Shown here in pieces: positions 20,494 through 31,394 of a stretch of DNA of 64,000 nucleotides. This DNA is from Candidatus Poribacteria bacterium (GTDB lineage: Bacteria > Poribacteria > WGA-4E > UBA9662). Below the pieces are notes generated by a model that was not told where the DNA came from, did no database searches, and was given only the letters and a program-made list of their open reading frames with translations. Numbering within the stretch: position 1 is the stretch's first letter; every line of letters starts with the position of its first letter. A program made the translations under genes and the position numbers. Where the stretch lies: the NCBI GenBank assembly GCA_046582655.1, contig JAYGDX010000336.1:1-64000 (forward strand), read 5' to 3'.

Positions 20494-21468
20494 CTATTTG
20501 TCCGTCAAATGCCGAAGAAAGAATGAAACCAGTGTTTCCTGTTTTTCTTTATCTGGTGCGATTCCGAGTTCTTTGGCGTACACTACGGCTTCCAACCCAA
20601 CTTCTTCCGCCCGCGTTTTTAAAGCAACTGCGTGGAGAGGATGATGGAGCAAATGACCAAGACCCTCGGGTGTTCCACCACGCATCCCGTTAGAAACATA
20701 AATAGGTGGATCATCCAACGACATTAAACCGAGAAGGTCCACATTTTTTCGGATTTTTGAGTCTAACTCTTTGTTGGGTGAATCCGTATCTTGCAGAGCG
20801 TTGAGAAGCGCATCTTGCAACCCATGAGCACTGAGAAACATGAGAAGTAGTTCCGAACTAACCGGAATCTGAAGAATTTCTGGCCACTTTAGGATATCAT
20901 AGGTGGCTTGGGTGGCAAACGCACCAGCCACTTTCAACCGGGTAGATTCCCTTAAAACTGGGTCTGAATGATTCGGATCAGACATATCAGGTTGAAAAGC
21001 AAGCCAGAGTGAAGTACCCGCACCAGCAGAGTTTCCATAAGCACCAATCCTGCTTTTGTCAAGATTCCACTCATCAGCTTTACTACGAATGAACTGTAAT
21101 GACCGTTTGGCGTCACCAAGGCATGTCATCACGGAACGAGCATCAGTATATTTCATATACCTATAGTTGATTGTTGCAAAGGAAACTCCTGCATCTAAAA
21201 ATCGGGGTATATTCTTTGATTCATACACTTCAGACTTGTCACCTCCGGAAAAACCACCACCGTGAATAAAAACAACAATTGGTGTTGGAACATCACTATC
21301 TGCCAGCCAAACATCAAGTAAATTTCTTTCGTGTGAACCATATTTGACATCTGTAAATGTAGCTGGCACTCCATTAAGGTTGATAGCTAGTGGTAAATCT
21401 TTGCTATCTAAATACGGTGTTTTAATCAACATGCTGATTAAAATTAAAAAAAGTACCTTGTATTTCAT
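20494..21468 (-). CDS. Secreted alpha/beta hydrolase (esterase/lipase)
   Basis: Signal peptide; HGGGF oxyanion motif, INYR, GNSAG nucleophile, C-terminal HHP. Confidence 0.88.
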   Translation of the reverse strand: MKYKVLFLILISMLIKTPYLDSKDLPLAINLNGVPATFTDVKYGSHERNLLDVWLADSDVPTPIVVFIHGGGFSGGDKSEVYESKNIPRFLDAGVSFATINYRYMKYTDARSVMTCLGDAKRSLQFIRSKADEWNLDKSRIGAYGNSAGAGTSLWLAFQPDMSDPNHSDPVLRESTRLKVAGAFATQATYDILKWPEILQIPVSSELLLMFLSAHGLQDALLNALQDTDSPNKELDSKIRKNVDLLGLMSLDDPPIYVSNGMRGGTPEGLGHLLHHPLHAVALKTRAEEVGLEAVVYAKELGIAPDKEKQETLVSFFLRHLTDK

Positions 21469-21984
21469 TTATTGTTTCTCCTAGTTTTGGCGTGTTTTTT
21501 TGAAATGTTCAGGATGTCAAACAGATGACAAGATATAAACTATAACCCGCCATCATCAGTCCTAATATGGCTCAATCAGCAAGTAATATAGTTAAACTAT
21601 TATTTGTTATCTATGTTCGGACGTTTAGAAGATAATTAAGAATGTGCCTTTTGCCTGAGAAGTTGCGTAATCTTATTATGTCTTTGTGTTTGTCAAAGAA
21701 AACAAGCTGACTACGTAAACGTTAATCCAGTAGAATTAAGTAATCTGGCATAATGTATCTGTGAAGTCTTTCCTTGCGGCGGGATTGTCTGCGCCTATGA
21801 TAAACATATACAGATCAACAAAAGCATATCTCGCGTATCATTTTTCTGTAATTGTAGTTGTAGTTGATTTTCCAAGTTCAAATCGGTGTGAGTGATGTTG
21901 GGGGCGTAAGCTTCTCGCTATCAGTCTCGATGGCATTGTCTCTGAAGATTTTTATTTTGTGGCTAGGTTTGCTTGCGCCCATGC

Positions 21985-23382
21985 CTACCGTAGTGTATTT
22001 CGCCACGAGGAAATTGTTTCTTGTGATCGATGGTGAGTCAACGGATGTCGATTAAGCTTTTCTTCTTGTGTCCAGAGTAGTTTCCTACACAATTTAAGCT
22101 CAGATTGATATGGCAATTCCTTTGAAAGGTTGGTTGTTTCGAATGGATCTGTTACTAAATCAAAAAGTTGTTCTCTGCCAAGGCGTGTTGGATCTGGTCC
22201 TAGCGGGACAAAATCATCTGCTGGGAGATACTCCATCACATATTTATACTGATCAGTTACGATAGCACGTCCCCAGTAGTTGCTTTCGATAAAAGCGAAA
22301 GTCCACCAATCCGTTTTCTGTCCTTCCAGTATCGGGCGAAGGCTGTGACCTTGTACGCCTTGTGGAATCTTTGCTTCTGCATAGTCACAAATGGTCGGTA
22401 GAAGATCCACTCCAGAGATAAAATGCCTATGATCAAAAGAAGACTTTTGCAACCCGAAGCAATCACCTAAAGATGCGACGATAAAAGGCACGCGAATGCT
22501 CTCCTGATACAGGGTAAACTTCTGGAATATCTGGTGACTGGCGCATGCTTCACCATGTTCACTGGAAAAGATAATCAATGTATTCTCTGCCAAATCAGTT
22601 TGTGCCAGTGCGTTAAGAAGCAAACCGATTTCATAATCGACTTTCTCTACGTACCGATAATAGTTCCAGATATAGAAGCGCCACTGCAGATCTGACCACC
22701 TCTGCACCGCACGGCGTATCTTGTCGTGGATCAGGGCGCCTCCATGTCGGCGACATACTTGTTGTAGCAAAGTTTCACCGACATCGTACTCAAAGTTCTC
22801 TGGCAACGGCGGTAGGGCTGATTCACCGACAGTTTGTTGTACCACCGAATCGGGTATGGTTTTCTGCTCGTGGTTGTGAAGATACTCACAGATGTCGTGT
22901 GGGTTTACATATCCAACTTGCAGGTAAAATGGGTTATGGTTGTCGTAAGTCGAAAGGAAAGAGAGGGCGGCATGGGTTGAGGCTGAATCGTAGTATTCTC
23001 CTCCGCCTGCCCCAATGTCACGTTGTCCAGTATATAAATTGTGGAAACTTTGACGCATGTCGCGTCCGTCAACGTGCCATTTCCCACAGTGGAATGCTCG
23101 GTAGCCGTTGCTGTTGAGTATCTGCCCGAGATCTAGCAGGTGCGCGTGCAGACACCCACCATTGAAAGGCACCCCTGTTTCCGACGCATATCGTCCGGTC
23201 ATCCAGCTAGAACGGGCCGGCGCACAAACCGGATCGGAACAATATGCTTTCATAAATGAGACCCCATTTCCATGGAGTCGATCCATGTTGGGGGTGTGGA
23301 CATACGGATTGTTGTAGGCTGAAATCGCGTTCCACGACTGCTGGTCGGTATTGATAAACAGAATATTTGGTCGGTCAGTCAT
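21985..23382 (-). CDS. Sulfatase (Cys-type, formylglycine-dependent)
   Basis: PNILFINTDQ, CAPARSSWMTG (CxPxR), GKWH, NPHD, SEHG, EQLFDL..DPFE; start ATG 23382 overlaps the upstream stop (ATGA) with AGGAGG RBS. Confidence 0.92.
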   Translation of the reverse strand: MTDRPNILFINTDQQSWNAISAYNNPYVHTPNMDRLHGNGVSFMKAYCSDPVCAPARSSWMTGRYASETGVPFNGGCLHAHLLDLGQILNSNGYRAFHCGKWHVDGRDMRQSFHNLYTGQRDIGAGGGEYYDSASTHAALSFLSTYDNHNPFYLQVGYVNPHDICEYLHNHEQKTIPDSVVQQTVGESALPPLPENFEYDVGETLLQQVCRRHGGALIHDKIRRAVQRWSDLQWRFYIWNYYRYVEKVDYEIGLLLNALAQTDLAENTLIIFSSEHGEACASHQIFQKFTLYQESIRVPFIVASLGDCFGLQKSSFDHRHFISGVDLLPTICDYAEAKIPQGVQGHSLRPILEGQKTDWWTFAFIESNYWGRAIVTDQYKYVMEYLPADDFVPLGPDPTRLGREQLFDLVTDPFETTNLSKELPYQSELKLCRKLLWTQEEKLNRHPLTHHRSQETISSWRNTLR

Positions 23383-24179
23383 ACACACCCTCCTTTGGTC
23401 AAGACATAAGTCGAGAACGTCTTGGATATCAGCACCACCTCATTGGCCTCGTTTAACCACCAATAAGAGACTTCTGTACCTTGACCATAGACACTGTAGC
23501 CCCGCAAACAAATTTCGTGACCGTCCAGTTCAAATTCCCAATCCTCAAGTCGACAAATGTGGTGGTTTGGCTTCAATCTTTGGAGGTCCTCCAACATTGC
23601 CCATGCGGCAGACTCCTGTGCGAGTGTGGGGATCCAATCGAAGAGCATCCAATCACAGATAATCGAAGAGGAAGAACTAACTTCACCCGCAGGTATCACC
23701 AATCCTGTGCGCATTTCTAATGAGATCTGCTTTTGATCGCCGTTATTGGTGATGCTGCCAATGCAGTCAAATCTATCGTAGATCCCATCTGCATGACTTT
23801 TGACATGGACATGCCATTTATCTACTATTGTTGGTTGCACGTTTGTCTGGGCACGAAAGTCGAGCCTCATCTCCTCGCCATTGGAGATGTTGTCGCAGTA
23901 GATGTTGTAATGCCATATAGATTGGCTTTCCTGATTTCGGTGGACTGTCGCTTGTCCAATGCCCTGATCTGGCAATGATGGCTGATAACCATTCCAGAAA
24001 TTGGGTAAGATTGTATAGTGATGTTTTTTCTCACTCAGGCTACATCTGATATTGCCATCGCAGAGAGATTTTTCAAGACACGACCAAAGTTGTTTTCGAA
24101 AATCCCCATTCGATGAATGATGATAGGCATAATCAACCGACCAGTGTAAATTTTCCGGCATTTTTTTTGTTTCAATCAC
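23379..24179 (-). CDS. Hypothetical protein translationally coupled to the sulfatase
   Basis: 266 aa ORF whose stop overlaps the sulfatase ATG; no recognised motif. Confidence 0.6.
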   Translation of the reverse strand: MIETKKMPENLHWSVDYAYHHSSNGDFRKQLWSCLEKSLCDGNIRCSLSEKKHHYTILPNFWNGYQPSLPDQGIGQATVHRNQESQSIWHYNIYCDNISNGEEMRLDFRAQTNVQPTIVDKWHVHVKSHADGIYDRFDCIGSITNNGDQKQISLEMRTGLVIPAGEVSSSSSIICDWMLFDWIPTLAQESAAWAMLEDLQRLKPNHHICRLEDWEFELDGHEICLRGYSVYGQGTEVSYWWLNEANEVVLISKTFSTYVLTKGGCV

Positions 24180-24314
24180 GGGTAATCCTAATTTATCTTT
24201 AATTCCTAAAAAGACGTGCTCCTAAGATCTATCTTAGTTTTATGTCTGGCTGGTTGGAATCGATTTATTGACAACATCAACCGATGTGAGATAATAGCAC
24301 AGTTGGAGGCTAAG

Positions 24315-25442
24315 ATGAAAATAGATAAAATAGAATCATACCTTGCAGGCAACGGGTATGTCTTGCAGATTCGCACTGACACGGGTATTAGCGGGCTTGG
24401 GCAAACTGCTTGTTGGGGATACCCGGAAGCAGTTGAGCGCATTGTCCGCCGCTTTGAACAATACCTTATTGGCCAAAATCCGTTGAGGATTGAACACCAT
24501 TGGCAATATTTATATCGTATGGGGCCTTTTCGAGGAAATGTCCTTTGTGGAGCGATCAGTGCAGTCGATATTGCGTTATGGGATATCAAAGGTAAGCATT
24601 TCGGTGCTCCCGTATGGGAATTGCTTGGTGGTAACTGTCGTCACAAAATCCGATTGCATTTGCTAGTAGGTCAACCTTCACCTGACGCTATGTATAAAGC
24701 TGCTAAAGATGCCGTTGCGGAGGGGTTCACGGCAATTAAGTTCGATCCATTGGTCGGTGGATACCAAGACATGACGCAAGATCAGCTAATTAAGTCTGTT
24801 TGCGAGATGGTAGAGGCAACACGAGAAGGCGGAGGTTCGGACCTGGATCTGATTGTTGAAGTGCACCGTAAATTGACACCAATGAACAGCATTGCTTTGG
24901 GAGAAGCTTTGACCAAATTCAACCTTTATTTTATTGAGGATCCAATTCAGATCGACAGCATTATTTCACAAGCAGAAATAGCCAAGCGTATCAATATCCC
25001 GGTTGGCAATGGTGAACGTCTGACCACAATCTGGGAATTTAGAGAACTGCTGGAAACCGGAGGCCCGCAATACGTGCGTCCAGATGTTGCTCTCGCTGGT
25101 GGCCTCACCCATTGCAAGAAGATCGCTGCTATCGCCGAATCATATCATAGCGCGGTTGTTGTCCATAATTTCCTCGGCCCTCTGGTCACAGCAGCTTCAT
25201 TGCATCTGGATACTTGTATTCCTAATTTCATCACCCAAGAATACACCAAAGACGACGAATCGGACAGGTACGCATACTTCACTACCTCATACCAACGTCA
25301 AGGTGGATACATTCCGATTCCTGAAGCTCCGGGGCTTGGTGTTGAGCTGGATGAAAACCTTCTTTTGCAAACGCCATTTGAGTCAATGAATACAGCGGAA
25401 GTGCCTCTTCGGGAAGATGGTTCTGTGGCTTATTCGGTGTAG
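24315..25442 (+). CDS. Mandelate racemase/muconate lactonizing enzyme family dehydratase (galactonate dehydratase-like)
   Basis: Start MKIDKIE at 24315 after GGAGG; HHWQYLYR, SAVDIALWDIKGK, KFDP, EDP, GERL, PD, HN, E, PEAPGLGVELDE. Confidence 0.92.
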   Translation: MKIDKIESYLAGNGYVLQIRTDTGISGLGQTACWGYPEAVERIVRRFEQYLIGQNPLRIEHHWQYLYRMGPFRGNVLCGAISAVDIALWDIKGKHFGAPVWELLGGNCRHKIRLHLLVGQPSPDAMYKAAKDAVAEGFTAIKFDPLVGGYQDMTQDQLIKSVCEMVEATREGGGSDLDLIVEVHRKLTPMNSIALGEALTKFNLYFIEDPIQIDSIISQAEIAKRINIPVGNGERLTTIWEFRELLETGGPQYVRPDVALAGGLTHCKKIAAIAESYHSAVVVHNFLGPLVTAASLHLDTCIPNFITQEYTKDDESDRYAYFTTSYQRQGGYIPIPEAPGLGVELDENLLLQTPFESMNTAEVPLREDGSVAYSV

Positions 25443-25543
25443 CCGCCTCCTAGGATTGCTGGTGTTATTTCTATAGTGGTAAGTTGTGATGGGCACTGGC
25501 AGCGCGCAACATAGATGTGACTGGTTGTGGAGGTATCTGACTG

Positions 25544-26524
25544 TTAGTTGGTTTCGTCGCTGTCCATCCTCCGCTGAAGCCAAAGCCGTACGTAATGACG
25601 CCGGCGCTTGGGATTAGGATAGTCCTCGAATTGGGTGCGATTGTGGAGTATCCAATGATTATTAGTGAAAAGTATCTGCCCAGGTTGTAAGCTGAACTCC
25701 ACATGGAAGTCTGAGCGGCGCAGTAGCATTTCCAGAATGTCCAAGGCCTCCTCCTGATCCGGGGCCAGTGCCCGTTCTGCCTGCTGGTGACCAACCTGAA
25801 TGTAATAGTACATGTACCGCATGGTCAGTTCCACTTGGTTCCATTGGAAAATTGGGTTGTGAGATGTTGGGGACTCTCCCATTTTGAATTGTCCGCGGCG
25901 ATCAAAATAAAATGGTTGATAGAGTGTTTTAAGCACATCAGGAGAGAATCGTTCCCGCAGTTCGTTGTGGAGAGAATAGGCACTGATAAGTTGGTTCTGC
26001 CCACCTGATTTCGCCGTCTTGGCACATAGCAGCCCAACGAAGTCAGGAACTGGGTTACCGAAGGAATTATCGATGTGAAATGAACTCTCAGCCTTGGTCA
26101 CTGAAAAGCGAGCGCCCTGAGTTACGCTTTGACCGGTATCTTTCACATCGTACAGTAGGGTTCCTTTAATATCCTGCGCAAAAGGATGACCAAGAAACTG
26201 GCCAATCAACCAATATATTATCTGTGATTCTTCCAAGGTATACTGCTCTACGGGTATCCGCTCGACAATAGCAAAACCTTGTCCCATGTTAAGGGTATCG
26301 ACTACTGGTTGAAGGCATTCGGTGCAGATGTCGAATAGTGATTTCTGAATCCGTATCTCTGTGATTGGTTGAGGATGGCACCGAAGATTCTGGATAAATG
26401 TGTCGAAGGCAAAGAGACATTTTGTGGATAGCAAGTAATACCAGGATGTGGCATCATCAATGGTACTTGCATGCCATGCCCGCTTGTCCAATAAAACATC
26501 AGTCAACATCTGGGAACGGTTCAT
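25544..26524 (-). CDS. TauD/TfdA family Fe(II)/2-oxoglutarate dioxygenase
   Basis: FHIDNS (HxD), GLLC...SGG, NNHWILHNR, RRHYVRLWL. Confidence 0.88.
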   Translation of the reverse strand: MNRSQMLTDVLLDKRAWHASTIDDATSWYYLLSTKCLFAFDTFIQNLRCHPQPITEIRIQKSLFDICTECLQPVVDTLNMGQGFAIVERIPVEQYTLEESQIIYWLIGQFLGHPFAQDIKGTLLYDVKDTGQSVTQGARFSVTKAESSFHIDNSFGNPVPDFVGLLCAKTAKSGGQNQLISAYSLHNELRERFSPDVLKTLYQPFYFDRRGQFKMGESPTSHNPIFQWNQVELTMRYMYYYIQVGHQQAERALAPDQEEALDILEMLLRRSDFHVEFSLQPGQILFTNNHWILHNRTQFEDYPNPKRRRHYVRLWLQRRMDSDETN

Positions 26525-26662
26525 TTTACTTGCCTAATAAAGATTTTTAGTGTGAAAAAATGATAGAGTTTGTCTGGAATCCGCATTTGCTTCTGGACTA
26601 GTTCTGTTGCCCTGAGTGCAAAGTCTGTGTGCTGCATATTTTGCTTGCGTTGGTGAATCCTT

Positions 26663-27757
26663 TCAATCGAAGTTCATCGATCCGAGTCCCATTCCTTGCA
26701 GGTCCGCAATGATGTTCTTTTCTTCCGCTTCGTAGAGCTCCCAGATCACTTTCAGCCCTTCGAGACTGGAGACGGCATCAGTTAATGGTTTCTTGCCGGT
26801 TTCTATGCATTCGATAAAGTGTGACATCTCTATTTCCGTGGGTTTAGCATGTTTTTGTTCTAAGAGAATGACCTCCTTCTGACCTGGGTCGTGGACACCA
26901 GGTACATGCTTCTCAACATCACCAAGATAAGCTACCTGTCCTTTTCCGAGTTGCATCTCTACCATTCCCTTTTCACAATGTGCGTGGAAGGAATAACCGA
27001 GCCGGGTACCTCGTGCTCCCCAGGTGCCGAAATGATATCCAAGAACGCCATTCTCAAACTCTAGGCACACGTTGCTAGTACCTTCTTCCTCCATCCAAGG
27101 AGTACATCGGTTTGTTCCCAGATGAATTCCTTTCACTGGTTTGCCAAGCATCCACAGCATCAAGTCGATATAGTGACAACCATGACTGAAAAATTGGCCA
27201 CCTCCAACTTCCTTTGCTTTGCACATCCAGTTGCTTGAATCTCGTTGCGTATGCTGCTCAGTCCAGATCGAAAGTTGGAACACATCGCCGAAGGTTTTGT
27301 TGTCCATAATTTCCTTAAATTTGAGAACGAGGGGATGAAAACGCATACAGTAGGCGACCATGAGGACTCGGTCATTCCGCCTGGCAGATTCAATCATCTC
27401 CAAGCATTCTTGTTCGGTATTGGCCATGGGCTTTTCTACTAGCACATGTTTGCCCTCGTTAAGGCACTTGACCGTGACTGGGTGATGGAGATGATGCGGC
27501 AAGACTATCAGCGTCGCATCCACATGGTCAAGGATCTCCTCATAGTTATTGTGAACCACTGGCTTTTTGGGGAAAAGTTCCGCGACCATCTGGGCTCTTT
27601 CTAAATTAATGTCGACGACCGCAGTGATTTCAACTTTGTCCAGAACTTCATTCATCCGTGCGGCATGTGATCTTGCCATTCCGCCGCATCCGATGATTCC
27701 TACTCGTATTTTGGATTTCATGTTTGTTGCCACCGTTGCACATTTTTTCAATAGCAC
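26663..27757 (-). CDS. Gfo/Idh/MocA family oxidoreductase
   Basis: GIIGCGGMA, PHHLH, HVLVEKPMA, GGGQFFSHGCHYID; start may be ATG 27721. Confidence 0.92.
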   Translation of the reverse strand: MLLKKCATVATNMKSKIRVGIIGCGGMARSHAARMNEVLDKVEITAVVDINLERAQMVAELFPKKPVVHNNYEEILDHVDATLIVLPHHLHHPVTVKCLNEGKHVLVEKPMANTEQECLEMIESARRNDRVLMVAYCMRFHPLVLKFKEIMDNKTFGDVFQLSIWTEQHTQRDSSNWMCKAKEVGGGQFFSHGCHYIDLMLWMLGKPVKGIHLGTNRCTPWMEEEGTSNVCLEFENGVLGYHFGTWGARGTRLGYSFHAHCEKGMVEMQLGKGQVAYLGDVEKHVPGVHDPGQKEVILLEQKHAKPTEIEMSHFIECIETGKKPLTDAVSSLEGLKVIWELYEAEEKNIIADLQGMGLGSMNFD

Positions 27758-28079
27758 CTAATTCAAATGCTTACCCAGCATAGGCTAGAGTAACAAAGAG
27801 AGCTGTTGGAAATAATTTAAATGAACGAGTTTCCAATGTTTAGTTCGTTCGTTGCAAAGACAAGATTTTGTTCGGCAGGACCAAAATTCAATGCATTCCC
27901 TTATCTGGTTAGGTTTCAGGATATCAAGTTACCTTGACCGTCACCAGCGTAATGTGTCATCTTCATGACTTCTTCACTTTCAAGGAGCAAGAACTGATAT
28001 TGGTTATATTAGGGGAATGTAGAATCGAAGAATAACAGGTCAACTAATCTCACCAAAGGTGATTCCGGATACCCCAGTC

Positions 28080-28913
28080 TTACGTTTCTAACCAACACTC
28101 CGGTGAATAGGGGGCTCGCTGAAACATCTTTTTTCTTTCTGGGTTTGCTTGTTCCATCCACTCCGGTGGAATTTCTTGCGTATGACGATGCGGAGGACCA
28201 ACTTCCTTGAAAATGTCAATCACGAATAGACGGTATTCTTGTGGTGAATTTAAGGGTTTCGGTTCAACGCCATGAAACATCCTGGCATTCAGATAGACCA
28301 TACTTCCTGGGGGCAATTCCAAGTGTCGCACCTCCAATTTTCTACCCGCCTCATCATCGAATTCTCCCGCCAGTAGTTTTTCGGGCGTAACTTCCCTGGT
28401 TGGCGACACGCGATGACTCCCTGGGATTATCATCAGGTTTCTGTCTCCTTGCTTAAATCCGTTTGGATAGTAAAGGATTTGGATGTACCACTTATTTCTT
28501 TCCTCTAGATTGACTGGGTTTTCATGAAACCAATGGTGATGATCCTGATGAAAGCCGACCCTTTTAGTGCCGCGAGGGGCGATATTCATAGCAGAATGGC
28601 AAAAGTGATAATCAGGACCAATAGTGGACTGTAAAAGCGAAGTAACTAGCGGTGCATCAATCAACCTATTACCCCATGAACCTCTGTCATTCCATGGTCT
28701 AACGAAGTAGGTATGCGGATCATTTACCTGAAGATCTGGATCTGCTAACGACTTGAAATATTCTCTAACGGGGTCGTGGTTCAGAATTTCATCGGTCAAG
28801 CCAGCTAGGCCTTCATCCGTGAAGACATCTGGTAAAACAACGCATCCGTCTCGATGAAAAGTCGCTAGATCATGTGCAGAGGGTTCGGTTAGCCGAAATA
28901 TTGGATTCGTCAT
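28080..28913 (-). CDS. Phytanoyl-CoA dioxygenase (PhyH) family protein, canonical HxD
   Basis: FHRDGCVVLPDVF, FHQDH, IPGSH, MFHG. Confidence 0.88.
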   Translation of the reverse strand: MTNPIFRLTEPSAHDLATFHRDGCVVLPDVFTDEGLAGLTDEILNHDPVREYFKSLADPDLQVNDPHTYFVRPWNDRGSWGNRLIDAPLVTSLLQSTIGPDYHFCHSAMNIAPRGTKRVGFHQDHHHWFHENPVNLEERNKWYIQILYYPNGFKQGDRNLMIIPGSHRVSPTREVTPEKLLAGEFDDEAGRKLEVRHLELPPGSMVYLNARMFHGVEPKPLNSPQEYRLFVIDIFKEVGPPHRHTQEIPPEWMEQANPERKKMFQRAPYSPECWLET

Positions 28914-29492
28914 TTTAAGTATTAAAGTAATAGGGCATTTCGATTGATGGGTTTGAAGTAAGATCTACTACTTCAACTTTGGAAATTTGAGCGATTGCAT
29001 CGGAATGATCTTTGTGTTACTTGATCCTGACTTAAGACTGGCCGGTATTGTTTACAGAATCAATCATCATATGTTAACACCGCAATTATGCTTTATCAAA
29101 CATTATATTCTGGATTCGCAAACGGCTTTCAAGAAATTATATGGCTGAGCCAGTTGACTGATGTTGATGAAACCAATAACCAAATACTAAGCAATCATAA
29201 AAGAGGCCTGACTTGCGCCTTCTCGGGAGGGGAATCCTCAATACAGGTTCAAGTGATAACCAGCATTACCCCTCAATATTTCTGACCATATTGATTCAAT
29301 TTTCGATATGAGTGTTCGATGAATCTAAGGCCACATTAGCGCAGTTTTCGCTATCATCAAGTCATGTCTGCCCAGTTCAATTATGACTTCAGTCCTTGCT
29401 TTTAGTAGAACTAATATTTGTAGTCGTTGTGCTGGGATGCGGTAATACTGAGAAGCATAGCCTTGTCAGCTTGGAGGGTCAGCTGAGTATAG

Positions 29493-30692
29493 TTACGAGC
29501 TAAGTTGATCTGTATTTTGACGTACTTTTTTGATTGCCTGCAGAATCAGATCCATATCTTCGATCTCTCCTAGGAATAGAGCGTGCGAAAAGCTGCAAAC
29601 TTCTTTAGCATACACCCATTCAGCTTGGGGACAATGAACTTGGCTATAATCGATCTGCCGATCGTAGACTTGACCTTGTCGGGCCGCCCCCAGTTGATCA
29701 AAAAAATCCATATCACCAAAGGGCCCTTCTTGATAAATTGGTTGCCCATGTGCCCCAACATTGCACGGTACACCTTCTGCCCGCAGAGCTGCGAGAAAAC
29801 GATCTCTTGAGATATTATCGAATGCCTCAGGAATAAAACGGAAGTCCCAGTAGTAGAAACACCAGCGGGTAACGCGTTCATCGCGGGGAATTGGTGAAAT
29901 CCCCTCTATGTCTTTCATTCCTTCTGCTAGGTAGATCGTGTTTTGTTCACGTATCTCAACTTGTTCGTCAAATCGCTCCAATTGACACAACAGTAAGGCT
30001 GCTTGAAAGTTGGTCATTCGCATATTGAGGTTTGCGAAAATTCTAGCTTTCTCGGCTAGTGCCTGATCGCTCGTAACGACCATTCCACCCTCACCACAGG
30101 TAAGTGTTTTTCCCATTTGGAAACTGAATGTGCCAAGATGTCCAATGGAACCCAGTCCTTGCCCACGCCATTGAGAACCGTGTGCATGGGCACAGTCCTC
30201 AATCACCCACAGATCGTGTTTTTGAGCGATCTCCATAATCCGATCCATGTCAGCGGGGAAACCTCCGTTATGTACAGGGACAATCGCCCGAGTACGCGGT
30301 GTGACAGCGGCTTCAATTGCGTCAGGACAAATATTATAAGTCAAAGGGTCAACATCCACGATGATCGGTACAGCGTTGACCAATACTGCAGCAGTGCCGG
30401 TAGCAACAAAAGTCAAGGCTGGCACTATCACTTCATCTCCTGCTTGTAGCCCAACAGTTTTCAATGCACATTGGATAGCAACTGTTCCATTAGCTACTGG
30501 AATACCATACTTAGCGTTTTGGTAAGCAGCAAACGCTTGGCTGGCTTGGTCGACTTTGTCTCCACTATTCCAAGATCCACTATGTAGAACCTTCAATAAT
30601 GCTTGTTCCTCTCTAGCATCAAAGGTAGGCCAACTCTTGCCTAAAGGTCCTTTAACAATAGGTTCTCCACCGTGCAGTGCAAGTTTTGCCAT
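29493..30692 (-). CDS. DegT/DnrJ/EryC1/StrS family PLP-dependent aminotransferase
   Basis: Start MAKLALHGG at 30692 after AGGAGG; NGT, GDEVIVPALTFVAT, IEDCAHAHG, FSFQMGKTLTCGEGG. Confidence 0.92.
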   Translation of the reverse strand: MAKLALHGGEPIVKGPLGKSWPTFDAREEQALLKVLHSGSWNSGDKVDQASQAFAAYQNAKYGIPVANGTVAIQCALKTVGLQAGDEVIVPALTFVATGTAAVLVNAVPIIVDVDPLTYNICPDAIEAAVTPRTRAIVPVHNGGFPADMDRIMEIAQKHDLWVIEDCAHAHGSQWRGQGLGSIGHLGTFSFQMGKTLTCGEGGMVVTSDQALAEKARIFANLNMRMTNFQAALLLCQLERFDEQVEIREQNTIYLAEGMKDIEGISPIPRDERVTRWCFYYWDFRFIPEAFDNISRDRFLAALRAEGVPCNVGAHGQPIYQEGPFGDMDFFDQLGAARQGQVYDRQIDYSQVHCPQAEWVYAKEVCSFSHALFLGEIEDMDLILQAIKKVRQNTDQLSS

Positions 30693-31259
30693 GTCTCGCC
30701 TCCTATGCTGAGCAATTGCAGTTAAGAAAACTACCACCCTGTATTGAAGTGCAATCCCCAGATTTTTATCGATAACAGATAATTGTGCGTTTGAGATTTC
30801 TTTATATGCCACTATGATTTCCTTTAATCAACAGCATATTATTCCGTCACGAAACTACTAAGTTTTGTCATTTCTAGTGTTAATAGAAGCGCACCTCCTT
30901 AACATAATCCAAATCTGTATCCAAGGAATTTATCAGTAACCCAAAATTGACACCAAAGTCATCCTCCTTGATGTAGAAAAACTTAGTTATATGCTGACAT
31001 AGCTGAATGAACTCTATCGTCTGCCGCGTCATGCCAAATCACTTGTCCCAATCTCTGAGGTACAGATCTTAGAGATCACCAAATCAGGACTGGGATAGTC
31101 TATTCCCTCGACTCTGCTGGTCTATCAGGGCACCCTGCACACGGTGGCGGATCTTATCGATTCGGCCATTACCCTCTGGGATCCTACCGCCCTATCTCGC
31201 CAGCATCGATCGATGTATTTCTTGTGTACCTTTCTTGCATCGTTAGGGTGAGAAAGGAT

Positions 31260-31378
31260 TGTCATACTACTTCGGGTGTTTCCATGCATTTGGCATGTCT
31301 CTTCGTGTCAATTCGGAGCCTCTTCCACTATCAATGATAACCACTTGACTACTGGCAAATTTTTCGATCCAGTTCACA
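31260..31378 (-). pseudogene. Short remnant resembling the N-terminus of a homocysteine S-methyltransferase
   Basis: VNWIEKFASSQVVIIDSGRGSELTRR resembles the 'IIDGGMGSELxRR' start of that family; the frame is lost after about 35 codons. Confidence 0.35.
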
Positions 31379-31394
31379 TTTATTTCGCGACTTT

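Noticed and set aside
24216..24314. N-terminal extension of the dehydratase from GTG 24216 (likewise extensions to 30812, 35902 and 44065)
   Set aside because: Family-typical N-termini and RBSs occur at downstream ATGs; the 24216 extension overlaps a TTGACA promoter-like element.
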